Positions 1-12,709 of a DNA stretch of 64,000 bases are shown one piece after another. Source of the stretch: Octopus vulgaris (lineage: Eukaryota). The notes under the pieces are model-generated. The model was not told the DNA's origin. It worked only from the letters and a program-made list of their open reading frames with translations, and did no database searches. How positions within the stretch are numbered: position 1 is the first letter of the stretch; each line of letters starts with the position of its first letter. The stretch covers positions 7,068,001 through 7,132,000 of the forward strand of contig OX597815.1 of the NCBI GenBank assembly GCA_951406725.2, read 5' to 3'. The translations under genes and the position numbers were made by a program.

Positions 1-183
1 AGCGTGAAAAAAATGTTTCTGAAAGTTATGGGAGCTGTGCTGTTTTTATTTAATAACATGTATAAATTAAGTTATTTTCAATAATTAAAAAAACTCTATT
101 ATTTTTCTTTTCAGTTGCAGTCTGATTTTATCATTCACCATTCCAAAAATCTAATCTAGAAAAACTACCTGTAAATTTACCAA

Positions 184-292
184 ATGTCTCAAGTACCTGG
201 ATTGCAAGTGTATGACGGAAAACCATCAAGGCCATATTTTAAAGACTCAGATTCAAAATATGTTCGGCTTGCTAAGGAACGTGGAGTGAAAG
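184..292 (+). CDS. C7orf57-like (DUF5524-type) gene, first coding exon in window (acceptor near 114/120; ATG at 184)
   Basis: MSQVPGLQVYDGKPSRPYFKDSDSKYVRLAKERGVK resembles the C7orf57 motif SQIPGL...[22 protein letters not shown]; donor G|GT at 292/293, phase 1. Confidence 0.8.
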
Positions 293-510
293 GTTACAAG
301 TTCAATCAATTTTTCAACTACCGATTCTAATATTCCATGCTGTTTTTCTTTTGATTTTTCTCATTCTGTTATTGTCACACATTGTCTTCACCTTTGTTCT
401 CTAATTCTGATATTGCCATGCACTACCTTCACTTTGGTTCCTTCGTTTTGATATTATACACTGCTTCCTCCATGGTCCCCTGGTTTTGATAGTATTATGG
501 ATTGTCTTAA

Positions 511-732
511 CCCTTTCATTACTGTATTTATTTTGAGATGCTCTGTGTTTCTTTCAATTAATTTGAAATATAACAAAGAATTTAGTAAAATAACTTAGTT
601 ATCTTTAAGCTAGTGTTAGGAACATAAATTGTGACTAAAGTTTGGTGGAAGATTTTGATTCAAAACTTATGAAAACAAAACATTTGTACTACAGAGCCAA
701 AGCGGGTTTCAGCCAGGTTGGTAACAAAAGAG
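511..732. mobile_element. piggyBac-like MITE, copy 1
   Basis: TTAA-CCCTTT...AAAGAG-TTAA; near-identical to the neighbouring copy. Confidence 0.7.
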
Positions 733-763
733 TTAAGAATTGTTTCTCTATTATATATTTTAA

Positions 764-986
764 CCCTTTTGTTACCATATTTCTGTTGAGATGCTCTGTG
801 TTTCTTTCAATTAATTTTAAATATAACAAAGAATTTAGTAAAATAACTTGGTTATCATTAAAGCTAGCATTAGGAACATAAATTGTGACAAAGGTTTGAT
901 GGAAGTTTTTAATTTTAAACCTACGAAAACAAGACATTTGTACTACCGAGCCAGAGCTGGTTTCAGCCGGGTTGGTATCGAAAGGG
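764..986. mobile_element. piggyBac-like MITE, copy 2
   Basis: TTAA-CCCTTT...AAAGGG-TTAA. Confidence 0.75.
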
Positions 987-1189
987 TTAAGGCGAGCGAG
1001 CTGGCAGAACAGTTAGCATGCTGGACAAAATGCCAGCATTTCGTCTGTCTTTACATTCTGTGTTCAAATTCTGCCAACCCTATGGGGTTGTTAAAACAAG
1101 TACCAGTTCCTCACTGGGGTTGATGTAATCAACTTACTCACTCCTATGAAATTGCTGGCCTTGTGCCAAAATTTGAAACGTATAACATC

Positions 1190-1450
1190 CGTGTCGGTGG
1201 CACGTAAAAAGCACCATCCGAATCGTGGCTGAAGCCAGTGCCGCCTCGACTGACACCTGTGTCGGTGGCACGTAAAAAGCACCCACTACACTCACGGAGT
1301 GGTTGGCGTTTGGAAGGGCATCCAGCTGTAGAAACATTGCCAGATAAGACTGGAGCCTGGTGCAGCCTTCTGGCTTCCCAGATCCCCGGTCGAACCGTCC
1401 AACCCATGCTAGCATGGAGAACGGACGTTAAACGATGATGATGGTGATGA
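1190..1450 (+). mobile_element. RTE 3'UTR fragment
   Basis: Same tail as 6736-7475. Confidence 0.75.
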
Positions 1451-2265
1451 TATCACAAACTGTCTTCACCTTTGTTCCCTGATTCTGATAATGTCTTCTC
1501 CTTGGTTCTCTATTTCTGATAATGTCACAGAGAGTCCCCACCTTGATTCTCTGATTTTGATCAAGGTTTTGAAGTCTACACTAGAACAGTGTATTTATGT
1601 TGTGTTTTAGGTTGGAGTTTATCATAATTTCATATCTGGTTCCCTAGCTGGCAGGGGTTAGACCTGGGTTCTATTATTTTATTTATTGACCCTGTTAGAA
1701 GCCTTTATTACTTTTCTTTTAATAAATTGAAACTGTATTATAAGATCCCTTGGGTTGTAGACTTAATTTATTACCAAATTTGAAACTGCCACCTGGTCTT
1801 TGGATGCTTTTAGCAGAGTCTGCATCAGTGGTCCTCAACTGGGGTCCATATGAGATTTTGTTGATAAAATTATCTGCAACAATTTGGTTATGCCTCTACA
1901 ATACACAAAATATTTCAATAATTTCTTTTATATATATAATTTCTAAAAATATGTAATTATAAAAATATAATAGGAAGTTTTAAACATTGATTGGATAGGC
2001 AGGTCCATCTGAGTAAAATCGAAATGAAAGGGGGTCCACAGATAAAAAAAATGTTTGGGAAACAGGGGCTACACTGAAGCACATATTTATACCAGGTTTC
2101 TAGTCTGAAGAGTCTTTTCCTCCAACCCCTCTCTCCAGCCTCAAAGACCCTGTAAATGGTCATGGACACCGCCTTTCATCTTCTATCCAAATCATGGAGA
2201 AAATACTAAAAAAAAATAATTTGTTGTTCCTCTTCCTGGACCACCACCACCACCACCACCACCAC

Positions 2266-2296
<31 letters not shown>

Positions 2297-2677
2297 CTTC
2301 TCAGAGTGCTTGGCCTTGTTTTCTATGGTTGATTCTGTGAGAGCGGATACCAGCCTGCCGTCAGAGATCTCACAGAGTCTCTCTCTGCACATTATAAGCT
2401 TTGATACTTGATTGTTAATTATTGCGGGAGACATTCAACATCCAAGTACCAATCTCAAAACCCTGGCTGACCCCAGCAGAGCAGTTTCTGGGGGCTTGCT
2501 CTGCTCTCGTACCAATTCCGATTTCTATGACATATTTCTCGAACCCTGGCTGTTAGTGTCCTGAGTGCCCCTAGAACTACTGGGATGACACACACTCTCC
2601 TCATAGTCCACATTCTTGCAATTTCACTTCTTCTTCTTCTCCTCCTCCTCCTCCTCCTCCTCCTCCTCCTCCTTCTT

Positions 2678-2708
<31 letters not shown>

Positions 2709-2777
2709 TTATTATTATTATATTGTGATGTTGTGATGTTGTAATTGTCTTTACTGTTGTTGTTGTTGTTGTTTTAG

Positions 2778-2892
2778 ATTTGTTAAAACATGAAGAAACT
2801 GCTGGGAAGCCAGATGCTGTACCTTATAATCGAGTAAATTGGTTTTATTTGGAAGACAATGCCGTAGAAGATGCCCAGAAGAAGAAGAGTGT
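2778..2892 (+). CDS. C7orf57-like exon 2
   Basis: ttttag acceptor and gtaagt donor; DLLKHEETAGKPDAVPYNRVNWFYLEDNAVEDAQKKKSV continues the motif in phase 1 to phase 2. Confidence 0.85.
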
Positions 2893-3027
2893 GTAAGTTC
2901 TTCATCATTGTTGTTATACTCTGTCTGTGAGAACGCCTACAACCATAGGGGTTCCACTTATGACCATCCTATCTTTTCATGTTTCAAAGGCATTGTCTGA
3001 TGTGTCCTTGTTTGTGTAACACATAAG

Positions 3028-3235
3028 ATCATCATCATCATCATCATCATTGTTTAACGTCTGCTTTCCATGCTGGCATGGGTTGGACGATTTTGACCGG
3101 GGGGGGGCGAACCAGATGGCTACACCAGGCTCCAATCTTGATCTGGCAGAGTTTCTACAGCTGGATGCCCTTCCTAATGCCAACTACTCCGAGAGTGTAG
3201 TGGGTGCTTTTTACGTGCCACCGGCACGGGGGGCC
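3028..3235 (-). mobile_element. RTE 3'UTR fragment
   Basis: (CAT)n followed by the reverse-complement tail. Confidence 0.7.
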
Positions 3236-3439
3236 GTGTAGTTTGAGGGAGGTTTGACTGCCATTTATAGCAGTTCAACAAGTGAGTATATAGAGTCTCT
3301 CTTGGCTCTGAATTGTGTTTGTTGTTTTTATTGAGGAAGGACAAATTTGTAACTAAGATGAAGGAGTAGCTCATTACTGATTCTCAGATTTACGTAGATA
3401 GCAACTCGTTATAGTAACAGTGAAGCTGCTACAGAATGG

Positions 3440-4165
3440 CCACATATCTAAGCCCACTTATGCATACCTTTCCTTCTTTGGACACAAAACTCTGTTTGCG
3501 AAAACCTGTTGAGACAAGTGAAATCGAAATTGAATTCGAAATCGAACCACATCCGACGACTGGCACCCATGCCAACCTCCCTTCATTGGACACTAAACTC
3601 TGCTTGCGAAGACCTGTTGAGACAAGTGAAATCGAAATTGAATTCGAAATCGAACCACATCCGACGACTGGCACCCATGCCAACCTCCCTTCATTGGACC
3701 CTAAACTCTGCTTGCGAAGACCTGTTGGGGCAAGTGAAATCGAAATTGAACCAAATTCGATGACTGGCATCCAGTCGTTGCCAGTGCCACTGGACTGACT
3801 CCTGTGCAGGTGGCAAGTAAAGAAACACCGTTTCGACCCTGTGCTTGAGGTGACCTATTGAGTCAAGTACATCAACATCAAAAATCAATGGAAATTGTAA
3901 AAAGCACCACCCGAACGTGGCCAATGCCAGCGCCAACCGATCGTGGCCGTTGCCAGCCTCCCCTGGCGCCTGTGCTGGTGGCACGTAAAAAGCACCCACT
4001 ACACTCACGGAGTGGTTGGTGTTAGGAAGGGCATCCAGTTGTAGAAACACTGGCAGATCAGACTGGAGCCTGGTGCAGCCTCCTGGCTTCCCAGATCCCG
4101 GTCGAACCGTCGAACCCGTCCAACGCATGCCAGCATGGAAAACGGACGTTAAACGATGATGATGA
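3440..4165 (+). mobile_element. RTE 3'UTR with an internal 108-bp tandem duplication
   Basis: GGACACTAAACTC...GAAATCGAA unit repeated about 2.7 times; (GAT)n tail. Confidence 0.75.
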
Positions 4166-4748
4166 TACTTTACTGATTGGTTTGTTTTCTAGGCTTTATT
4201 TCTGTTGAGTTAGAAAACAGAGATGTCTTCAAGCTTTGTATTGTTGGGACACAACTTTATCTTGATACTATAACCAGGCCTGGTTGTCTAACTCAATGAG
4301 AATAACTCCTCCACAGAGCCAACTTCTGTTTTTGCTTCATTTTTTTTTTCTAAAATTTCCCCAAAACTATCCTGCCGGTCACCAGGATACTGTTTCCATC
4401 TTAGGAAAATACACAACATTATGTTATTATTTGGCCAAGATGGTTTATTTGTTGTAATTAATAATTATATTCACTGGTGGATGTGCCCTTCTCATCACTA
4501 ATTATTCATCTGAAGTAGGATGTGATCAAGCTTGTCTCTGCTCAGTCAGGCAAATTGTAACAAGCAGAGTTAAGTGACTTGCTCAGAGGCTTAACACTAT
4601 GACACTAGTACAATTTGAACTTGTGACCGTGTGATTACTATTGTAGCACCCTAACCTTGTAGTTACTACATCTTGTATACATAAATGTTATGCATTTTTT
4701 TTATAATCTTTTACTTAATTTTTATGTATTATTTATTATCTATTGAAG

Positions 4749-5123
4749 CAATTGGACGTTTGGTGCCCCAGAATATATGAGTACTGTTCCCTCACCCCAC
4801 TCCGAGTCTAGTGAGACCAAAGAAGACTACGAGGTTTCAAGCCCCAAAGAGTGTGAAGTGAAACCTGTGAAAACTGAACCAGCTGGACTCAATAAAAAAC
4901 CTGAAACCTATGATCACCCATTTATTCACGGTTATTACTCTCCAACTGAGCCCAAGGAGAGCAAAACTGAAGAGAGAGAAGAGGAATATGTAAGTGATCA
5001 GTTGTCAGAGGGGAACGATATTGAAAATGTGATGGCCGAACCTTTACCTGTGACACAGCAGATTAAGAAAGCTACTGCACATCCACAGCAATGGAAAAAC
5101 CCAATAACACAGACTGAAATAAG
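4749..5123 (+). CDS. C7orf57-like exon 3
   Basis: aag acceptor at 4747-4748; NWTFGAPEYMSTVP... (PDYM-like motif) then an acidic low-complexity stretch; AG|gtttgt donor; phase 2 to 2. Confidence 0.8.
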
Positions 5124-5140
5124 GTTTGTGACCCCTGTTT

Positions 5141-5524
5141 CCAGTTTTCTCTATCCTTCATAAACACTGTGTCCAGTTTTCTCTATCCTTCATAAACACT
5201 GTGTCCAGTTTTCTCTATCCTTCATAAACACTGTGTCCAGTTTTCTCTATCCTTCATAAACACTGTGTCCAGTTTTCTCTATCCTTCATAAACACTGTGT
5301 CCAGTTTTCTCTATCCTTCATAAACACTGTGTCCAGTTTTCTCTATCCTTCATAAACACTGTGTCCAGTTTTCTCTATCCTTCATAAACACTGTGTCCAG
5401 TTTTCTCTATCCTTCATAAACACTGTGTCCAGTTTTCTCTATCCTTCATAAACACTGTGTCCAGTTTTCTCTATCCTTCATAAACACTGTGTCCAGTTTT
5501 CTCTATCCTTCATAAACACTGTGT
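5141..5524. repeat. 32-bp minisatellite, 12 perfect copies
   Basis: Unit CCAGTTTTCTCTATCCTTCATAAACACTGTGT, starting about 17 nt after the exon 3 donor. Confidence 0.92.
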
Positions 5525-6643
5525 CTTCATGTTAAACTTGTCCCCCACCCCCATCCTGTCCACATGTCACCTCTGTCTCCACTGTGTCTTCATGTCAACC
5601 TTGTGTCTCCATTGCCGTCGTAATTCAACTACGTCTCCACTGTTTTGTCATCAGCTCTTGTGTCTTCACTCTCCTCTCTGTCTCCTCAATTCTGTGTCCA
5701 CTCTGTCTCATCTCAACAACTTCCCCCTCTCTATTGCCTCCTGATGTCAACACAAGACTCAGATTGTTGCCTCCTCTTCACTTTATGTTCCCACTGTCTC
5801 CTCACATCAACTGTGCTGCCTAACTGTCTCCTTGTTCCAACTATTTCCTCATATCAGCCGTCTCCTTACTCTCTCCTCGTATCAATACTGTGGCTCTACT
5901 CTCTCCTCATGTGATTTAAGACTATGTTTCATCTGCCTGTCACACTGTTCATTCATACATTTGTGTTACGCCAAACTGTGTCAGGTTTGGCATATAATTG
6001 GGTAGAGATGTCTTGGATTAAAGGAGATACATGGGTACCTTGGTAGAAGAGAGAGAGAGAGGAGAGAAAATGGAGAAAATCTGATGGGGTTTGTACGCTT
6101 AGGTTACTGGGAGGTGTATATAAGTGAAGTGGAACCAAGGGTTGGCTAAAGCGTATTTATGTATTGGGGGGTTTTTGTGTATTCTTTCTGAGTCCCCTGT
6201 TTACCTGATCTATGTTGGAGTGTTACCAAGTTAATTGCACAGATCATTTAGAACCCCATTACTTTGTGTGTGTGTGTGTGTGTGGAGGGGGTGTATCGAT
6301 GATGATGATGATATATATATATGTATATATATATATATCACCGTCACCGTGACCGACCAGGCAATCAGATGTTGCTACACATTGCTGGTCACAATGCGCT
6401 TCGCATTGTTTTAGCCTTCAAATGACGCCACCCCGCTGGCTAAGCGAGCAGGCCAACAGAAGAAAGAGTGAGAGAAAGTTGTGGCGAAAGAGTACAGCAG
6501 GGATCACCACCATCCCCTGCCGGAGCCTCGTGGAGCTTTAGGTGTTTTCGCTCAATAAACACTCACAATGCCCGGTCTGGGAATCGAAACCGCGATCCTA
6601 CAACCATGAGTCTGCTGCCCTAACCACTGGGCCATTGCGCCTC

Positions 6644-6735
<92 letters not shown>

Positions 6736-6737
<2 letters not shown>

Positions 6738-7473
6738 GCAGACCCAGGAAAACCTGGGACGAGGTGGTGAAGCACGACCTTCGAACTTTAGGTCTCACTG
6801 AGGAAATGACTAGAGACCGAGACCTCTGGAAGTGTGCTGTGCGCGAGAAGACCCGGCAGGACAAGTGAGTCCACAACCCGTGGCCTTCTACATGGGATGG
6901 AGCCAGCCTACGTATGCATACCTTCCCTTCTTGGGACACAAAACTCTACTTGTGAAGACGTGTTAAGGCAAGTGAGGATCAGAATCGATATCGATCAATG
7001 GAAATTGCGGATGTGCTACCAGTGCCGGTGGCATGTCGAAACTCTGCTTGTGAAGACCCATTGAGGCAAGTGAGGATCAGAATCGAAATCGATCAATGGA
7101 AATCGATCAATGGAAATTGCAGATGTGTTACCAGTGCCGGTGGCATGTAAGAGAACTTTCCGTTTCGCGACCGTTGCCAGCACCGCCCCGTTTCGTGTCC
7201 GTTGCCAGCCTCGCCTGGCCCTCGTGCCGGTGGCACATAAAAAGCACCATCCGTTCGTGGCCGTTTGCCAGCTCTGTCTGGCACCAGTGCGGGTGGCACG
7301 TAAAAAGCACCCACTACACTCACGGAGTGGTTGGCGTTAGGAAGGGCATCCAGCCGTAGAAACACTGCCAGATTTGACTGGGCCTGATGAAGCCTTCTGG
7401 CTTCACAGACCCCAGCAGAACCGTCCAACCCATGCTAGCATGGAAAACGGACGCTAAATGATGATGATGATGA

Positions 7474-7475
<2 letters not shown>
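6736..7475 (+). mobile_element. RTE-clade LINE 3' end (ORF C-terminus, 3'UTR and (GAT)n tail)
   Basis: [35 protein letters not shown] is a typical RTE C-terminus; it runs into the ...GGAAGGGCATCCAG...CCATGCTAGCATGG...(GAT)n tail found about 20 times in the window. Confidence 0.8.
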
Positions 7476-7507
<32 letters not shown>

Positions 7508-7899
7508 AGAGAGAGAGAGAAAGAAAAACCCACCTAGGCTTTTGAGATAAAGATAGTATATATTTCATCAACTATACCACACACTCTCTCTCTCTCTCTC
7601 AATGAATTGTGTGGTTGAGTCAAGAAGCTTGCCTTACAAGGAATTGCAGCCATATCTTCTGAATTCATGTCTGTCATCTTAAGGGACATACATGTTAGAT
7701 CATGTAGCTCTAGGTTTCACTGAAATACAAGATAGTGATGGCCTTTGATTACCGGTCTGCTCTATTAGGGTTGAGCTGACATGAAACAACAAGAACTGCA
7801 AGTTACTGACTTACTGACCACAATGTTCTGACAAACTGACTTAGAATTTTTTGCCACATTATAACTGTCCCGGCTTGTATGTCCTTCAATGCAGGCATT

Positions 7900-8157
7900 T
7901 CAAAAAGCTGTTCTTCCATGTGTCTAACACACGTGGACATGCCTACAAAGTCAGAAAACAGCACAGCTCCCATGACTTTCGGAAACATTTTTTCACGCTC
8001 AGGGTTGCTGAAGCGTGGAATAAACTGCCTGCATCAGTTGTTGACTGCCATGACACTGCATCCTTTAAGGCCCTCATGCTTCCCGAAATCCGTCGAAACT
8101 ACACCTGATTATATATACACTTTAGATGAGTTGTAGTGCACCTGAGCACTGTACACA

Positions 8158-8190
<33 letters not shown>
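7900..8190 (+). mobile_element. CR1/L2-clade LINE 3' end
   Basis: NTRGHAYKVRKQHSSHDFRKHFFTLRVAEAWNKLP, the CR1-type TRGH...RV..WN.LP C-terminus; (ATT)n tail. Confidence 0.8.
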
Positions 8191-8192
<2 letters not shown>

Positions 8193-8236
8193 ACACTCGA
8201 TTGTCCATAACTAAGTAATCTTCTTTTAACTTTCAG

Positions 8237-8393
8237 TGGTGATGCTCCTATGAAAGGATCTGGAAAGAAATGTTGTCCAAAGGAAAATGCTTGCACTTCG
8301 ATGTCGAAGCTCTTGTCATTTGGCTATGCTCAAGATTGGCATTCCAGAAAAGATGGATCAGGAGAATCGAACAGCCCCAATCAGAAACCTTAA
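8237..8393 (+). CDS. C7orf57-like terminal coding exon
   Basis: tttcag acceptor; ...SMSKLLSFGYAQDW... matches the family C-terminal SKL(I/L)SxGYxxEW motif; TAA at 8391-8393; the four exons total 756 nt (251 aa). Confidence 0.85.
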
Positions 8394-8451
8394 AAGTTTT
8401 ATATATATATAAATGCATGTATGTATGTGTACTTATATGTAGATATAAATT

Positions 8452-8457
8452 AATAAA
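8452..8457 (+). promoter_or_regulatory. Candidate polyadenylation signal of the C7orf57-like gene
   Basis: AATAAA about 60 nt after the stop; the AT-rich context weakens it. Confidence 0.35.
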
Positions 8458-8813
8458 TTAATAATTACCTAATTACAATCTTGGAGAAATTTGCACATTC
8501 CACAATATATATTGAGTGATACAATTTGCATAATGAACATTATGTATGTGATGTAATGCGAGTAATGATGTCTTACATCATCCACTATAACATATACCTG
8601 GTGTGTGTGTGTGTGTGTGAACGTAGCTGATATGTATGTGAATGTATATATATATGTATATATACAAACTAACATTTGTTTTTATAAGTGTCAAAATATG
8701 TATAGAATGATACAAATTAGATGATATTTTTTCAAATGTAGAATTGCCATTAGAACACCAAAAATACTGGAAAAATTAGTGGAAAAATAGTGGAAAAATT
8801 TGTCAACAACCTA

Positions 8814-8848
<35 letters not shown>

Positions 8849-8987
8849 TTAAGTAGTTGAATGAATTATCTTAGTTTGGATAATTCGGTTAACCGATACC
8901 TGGGTAGCAAATTCACGTCAGAAAAACACGGTTGAAGCTACATGCCAAGGGCAGAGATCACGTGCTTTCGTGTGGAAATTTGTGTGG

Positions 8988-9272
8988 TTTTTTTTTATAT
9001 ATATATATTTATTTATATATATCATCATCATCATCATCATCATTTAGCGTCCGTTTTCCATGCTAGCATGGGTTGGACGGTTTAACTGGGGTCTGTGAAG
9101 CTGGAAGGCTTCATCAGGCCCTGCCAAATCTGACTGGGCCTGATGAAGCCTTCCGGCTTCACGGACCCCAGTTAAACCGTCCAACCCATGCTAGCATGGA
9201 AAACGGACGCTAAATGATGATGATGATGATGATGATGATATATATAAATAAATATATATAAAAAAAAAAAAA
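8988..9272. repeat. Near-perfect foldback palindrome (about 135-bp arms, 14-nt loop)
   Basis: 8988-9121 is the reverse complement of 9136-9272. Confidence 0.9.
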
Positions 9273-9589
9273 TACCATATTTGCCAGCATATAAGATGTG
9301 CTTTTTGTTTTTCTTAATGTATCCAAAAATTGCTCTGCATCTAATGCAGCTGTGTTACAGGTGGGAGACTGAACATCATAAACTAAAGAGCTGAATAAGC
9401 ATAATTCCAGTCGGCACAATAATTGTTAATACTAATAAAATATTGAAAGTAAGCCAAATTGTCACAGACTGACAACAAAAACTTACTAAAAAACTGCTTA
9501 GAGTATGCCAGTTATGTAGGGAGACATCACATCTCTAAATTTTGTTACATTATTTACGTTGGACGGATATGTGTCGTCATCTTGCTTGT

Positions 9590-9640
9590 AGTTACCACAA
9601 TGTTTCGGCTGATTTACTCTCCACCCTTCATCAGGTGTCC
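9590..9640 (-). ncRNA. Degenerate hammerhead-like motif
   Basis: acac-CTGATGA-agggtg...cagcc-GAAAC-ATT-gtg. Confidence 0.4.
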
Positions 9641-10799
9641 TGGTAGAATTTCGAACCCAACCCTGGATTCTCATTCCTCAGGTATTTTTTTGATGATGTC
9701 ATCGTCATTTATTTATTTATTTATTCATTCAAGGTACTGCCTCGAATTGAACTTGCAATCTTGGAGCTTGTAGCCCATGCTCTTAACCATTATGCTATAT
9801 GCCCGTGGGGTGTTGAAGAAAAGTGGGGTAATAATGGGGTGGCCAATAGGGGGCGATATGACATTAAAAAAAGCCCCCAAAATATTGGGTTGATTAGGTT
9901 GAGTTTTATTTACTCGATTACTCTTTTACTTGTTTCAGTCATTTGACTGCGGCCATGCTGGAGCACCGCCTTTAGTCGAGCAAATCGACCCCGGGACTTA
10001 TTCTCTTTTGTAAGCCCAGTACTTATTCTATCGGTCAATTACTTATTCTATTTGTAAAATATAGTTTTGAATTTGATGCAGAAAGTGGATCTATTTTTGT
10101 GGTGGTGATGGGATGGGTAGGGTGGGTGGCTAGGAGTATGGTTGGGTGCCAAGGGGGTGGCAACCTAAAAAAGTGCGGGTACCACTGGTCTAAATAAAAT
10201 GAAAAGAAAATTTTTTTAGAAAGATGAAAGAAATGTTAAATTTTCATCCATTTGCTAGCAATTTGCAGCAAGTGGATGACTATAAAGCCATAGTGCTGTT
10301 GCTCCACCCTGGTGGCCTGGTGTGGTTACAAAAACCATCAAGGTAGCAAGCTGGCAAAATCATTCCAACCCCAAGCAAAATGCTTAACAGCATTTTGTCT
10401 GTGTTTATATTTGTGTGGAGGCCTGTAGCTTAGTGGTTAGGGTGTTGCACTCGTGATTGTAAGATTGTGGTTTCAATTCCTGGACCAGGCAACATGTTGT
10501 GTTCTTCAGCAAAACACTTCATGTTGTCCCAGTCCACTCAGCTGGCGAAAATGAGTTGCCTTGCAACAGACCAGTGTCCCGTCCAGCTGGGGAATGTATA
10601 TGCCATGAAATTAGGAAACCGGACCTTGTGAGTCAGTGTGACTTGAAATGGTAACTTTATCTTTTGTTACAGAAGCCGTCACAGCCAGGAACATGAGCTT
10701 CACATCCTGTACGGCATTTCTCTACCAAAATACAAACAACAATACCATTGATCTGAAACTGAAATATAATACTCCCATAACATAGTATATTTATGATTA

Positions 10800-11180
10800 A
10801 CTAGCAGTATCGCCCGGCGTTGCTCGGGTTTGTTTCGACCCTTTAGAATTGAAATTTTTGGAAAGTAAAAATTTTGCATTATGTAGCTTGTTATTCTCTT
10901 TAAGTGAATGTTTTTCTGGTTGAAATACATGGAAAAATGGTGACACAGCAGTAAAAAAAATCGTAAAAAATAGGGATTTTCATAGAAAAAAAACACCTTT
11001 TTGATATAAATAATTTTTGGTGTTAACATGGTCTGATATGAATTTTTTCTTCTACGGAATGAAGAGCAAGCCTTCTATCATACTCTCAATTTTGGTCATC
11101 TTGCACCGGAGGAGATAGTGTTAGTTGAAGGCTACCAAACCTGCCATACACAGACAACTTCAGCTTTATATATAGAGAGA
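10800..11180 (+). mobile_element. Non-autonomous Helitron/Helentron-like element
   Basis: Starts ACTAGCAGTATCGCCCGGCGTTGCTCGGG (small hairpin), ends ACAGACAACTTCAGCTTTATATATAGAGA, the layout of DINE-1/Lep1-type elements. Confidence 0.5.
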
Positions 11181-11939
11181 TTTAGGGTTTCATACTTCAT
11201 TCCAGTATGCTATCATAATATATTTAGATGCATAGAATCATGCATTTTCCTCTACAAAACCACTTTAAAATATATTTCAGTAAATGTAAAGCCAAACATA
11301 CTAAATTTCTTTGTTTTTCCACAAAATCTCCTCGAAAATAGAAAGCATTTTCTATGCTAAAATGCACATATATGTACGTACATACATATGTAACCTTTGT
11401 GTAGTACTTAAAATGTACTAATTCTCTACTTAAGTTTCATGGTTAAGCTACAGTTTGAATTCTCACAAAGCACAAATATGCCTCAAGCAAAACTAAAATG
11501 GCAAGAAGAAGGAATAGGAAAGAATATGATGAAAGGCCACAACTCGTTTTTATTAGTCAAGTTTTGCTCCTTGGGTTAGCTATTTTCAAGAGAAATATAA
11601 TCAGAAAAGGTTGGAAAGGGCCATTGTTAGACAATTAGATTTGTATCAGAAAATGTTTGTATTAAAGTTGTGGTAAATTGTGAAAGTGTATGAGAGGGGA
11701 AGTTGTGGTGGTCAGTGTGGAAGGGATTTTGTTTTGTTGTCAGTGATGTTTGAAGGTAGTATCTTGTTTGTGCAGGTTGTCTGTGTGTGTTGTGTTTGTC
11801 TGTGTAATATGGTGCTCTGTGAAGCTTTATCTAAAGAGATATTTGAAGTGTCAAGTGTATTAAATAACAAATATCTTGTGATATATATATATATAAAGTT
11901 GTGTTGCAGGTGTTCATCTGTATTGTGTGCACTCCAATG

Positions 11940-12330
11940 AGTTAATATGAATTTATCAGTGTGTGGGCACCTAATAAAAAATTCGGTCCTGTTATTCACA
12001 GAGTTTCCAGAGTTTTATTACTTTCCCATTATGTACATGTTCGCCACTCAACAAAGTTAATGCTTCGTCGCTTCATTGGTTTGTAGTCTGCACCATTCAA
12101 AAATTCTCTGCCACCTAATTTCATAATCCATGTTGAGTTCCATTACTTCCCAAAAGCGGTTAGCCCGTGTTGTGAAAGTTCACTTGTCAAGATATCTGCA
12201 GGACGAGTTATGCTTTTAAAACCTTTGCTTGAATTTACCTTCAATTATACCTATGTAACTCTTCTTTCCAACTAGCTTATATGATGTCTTTGAGATAACT
12301 TCAATGCCTGACCATGAAACATAAGTAGCA
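11940..12330 (-). mobile_element. Penelope-like element GIY-YIG endonuclease remnant (degenerate)
   Basis: Minus-strand translation YIGIIEGKFKQRF*KH...FWE...YEIRW...LC...NNRTEFFIRCPHTDKFIL, with stops, matches the PLE C-terminal GIY-YIG pattern. Confidence 0.65.
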
Positions 12331-12411
12331 AATTCGTACATCATAGGGACTGTATAAAAATCATATCTCCATTGAGTTCTCTCTACTTGTTGAATCTTCA
12401 CTCAGACACGT

Positions 12412-12449
<38 letters not shown>

Positions 12450-12709
12450 ACATACACACTGAAGCGAACCACAATTAAGTGAATTGAATAAGTACTCAGT
12501 ACCTTTAGGCTGAATGAAATAATATTTATTCAAAGCTAAAGCTGTGTGAGTCATTACTTAATAACTTAGAATTTTTTTGATTATGTTGCTGAGTCACCCA
12601 ACAATATGAATATTGTATGTGTAATGTTCATAAACATTTATAAACATTTCATAGTATTGGATATCATGCATATATGACATTCATTATATTATTACATAAA
12701 TATATATTT

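Noticed and set aside
8880-8980. CACGTC and CACGTG motifs as a regulatory module
   Set aside because: Short motifs expected by chance, with no conservation data available
9136-9165. CTGATGA-agcc-ttcc-ggct in the RTE tail as a hammerhead
   Set aside because: The stem is followed by TCAC instead of GAAA and there is no NUH or stem I
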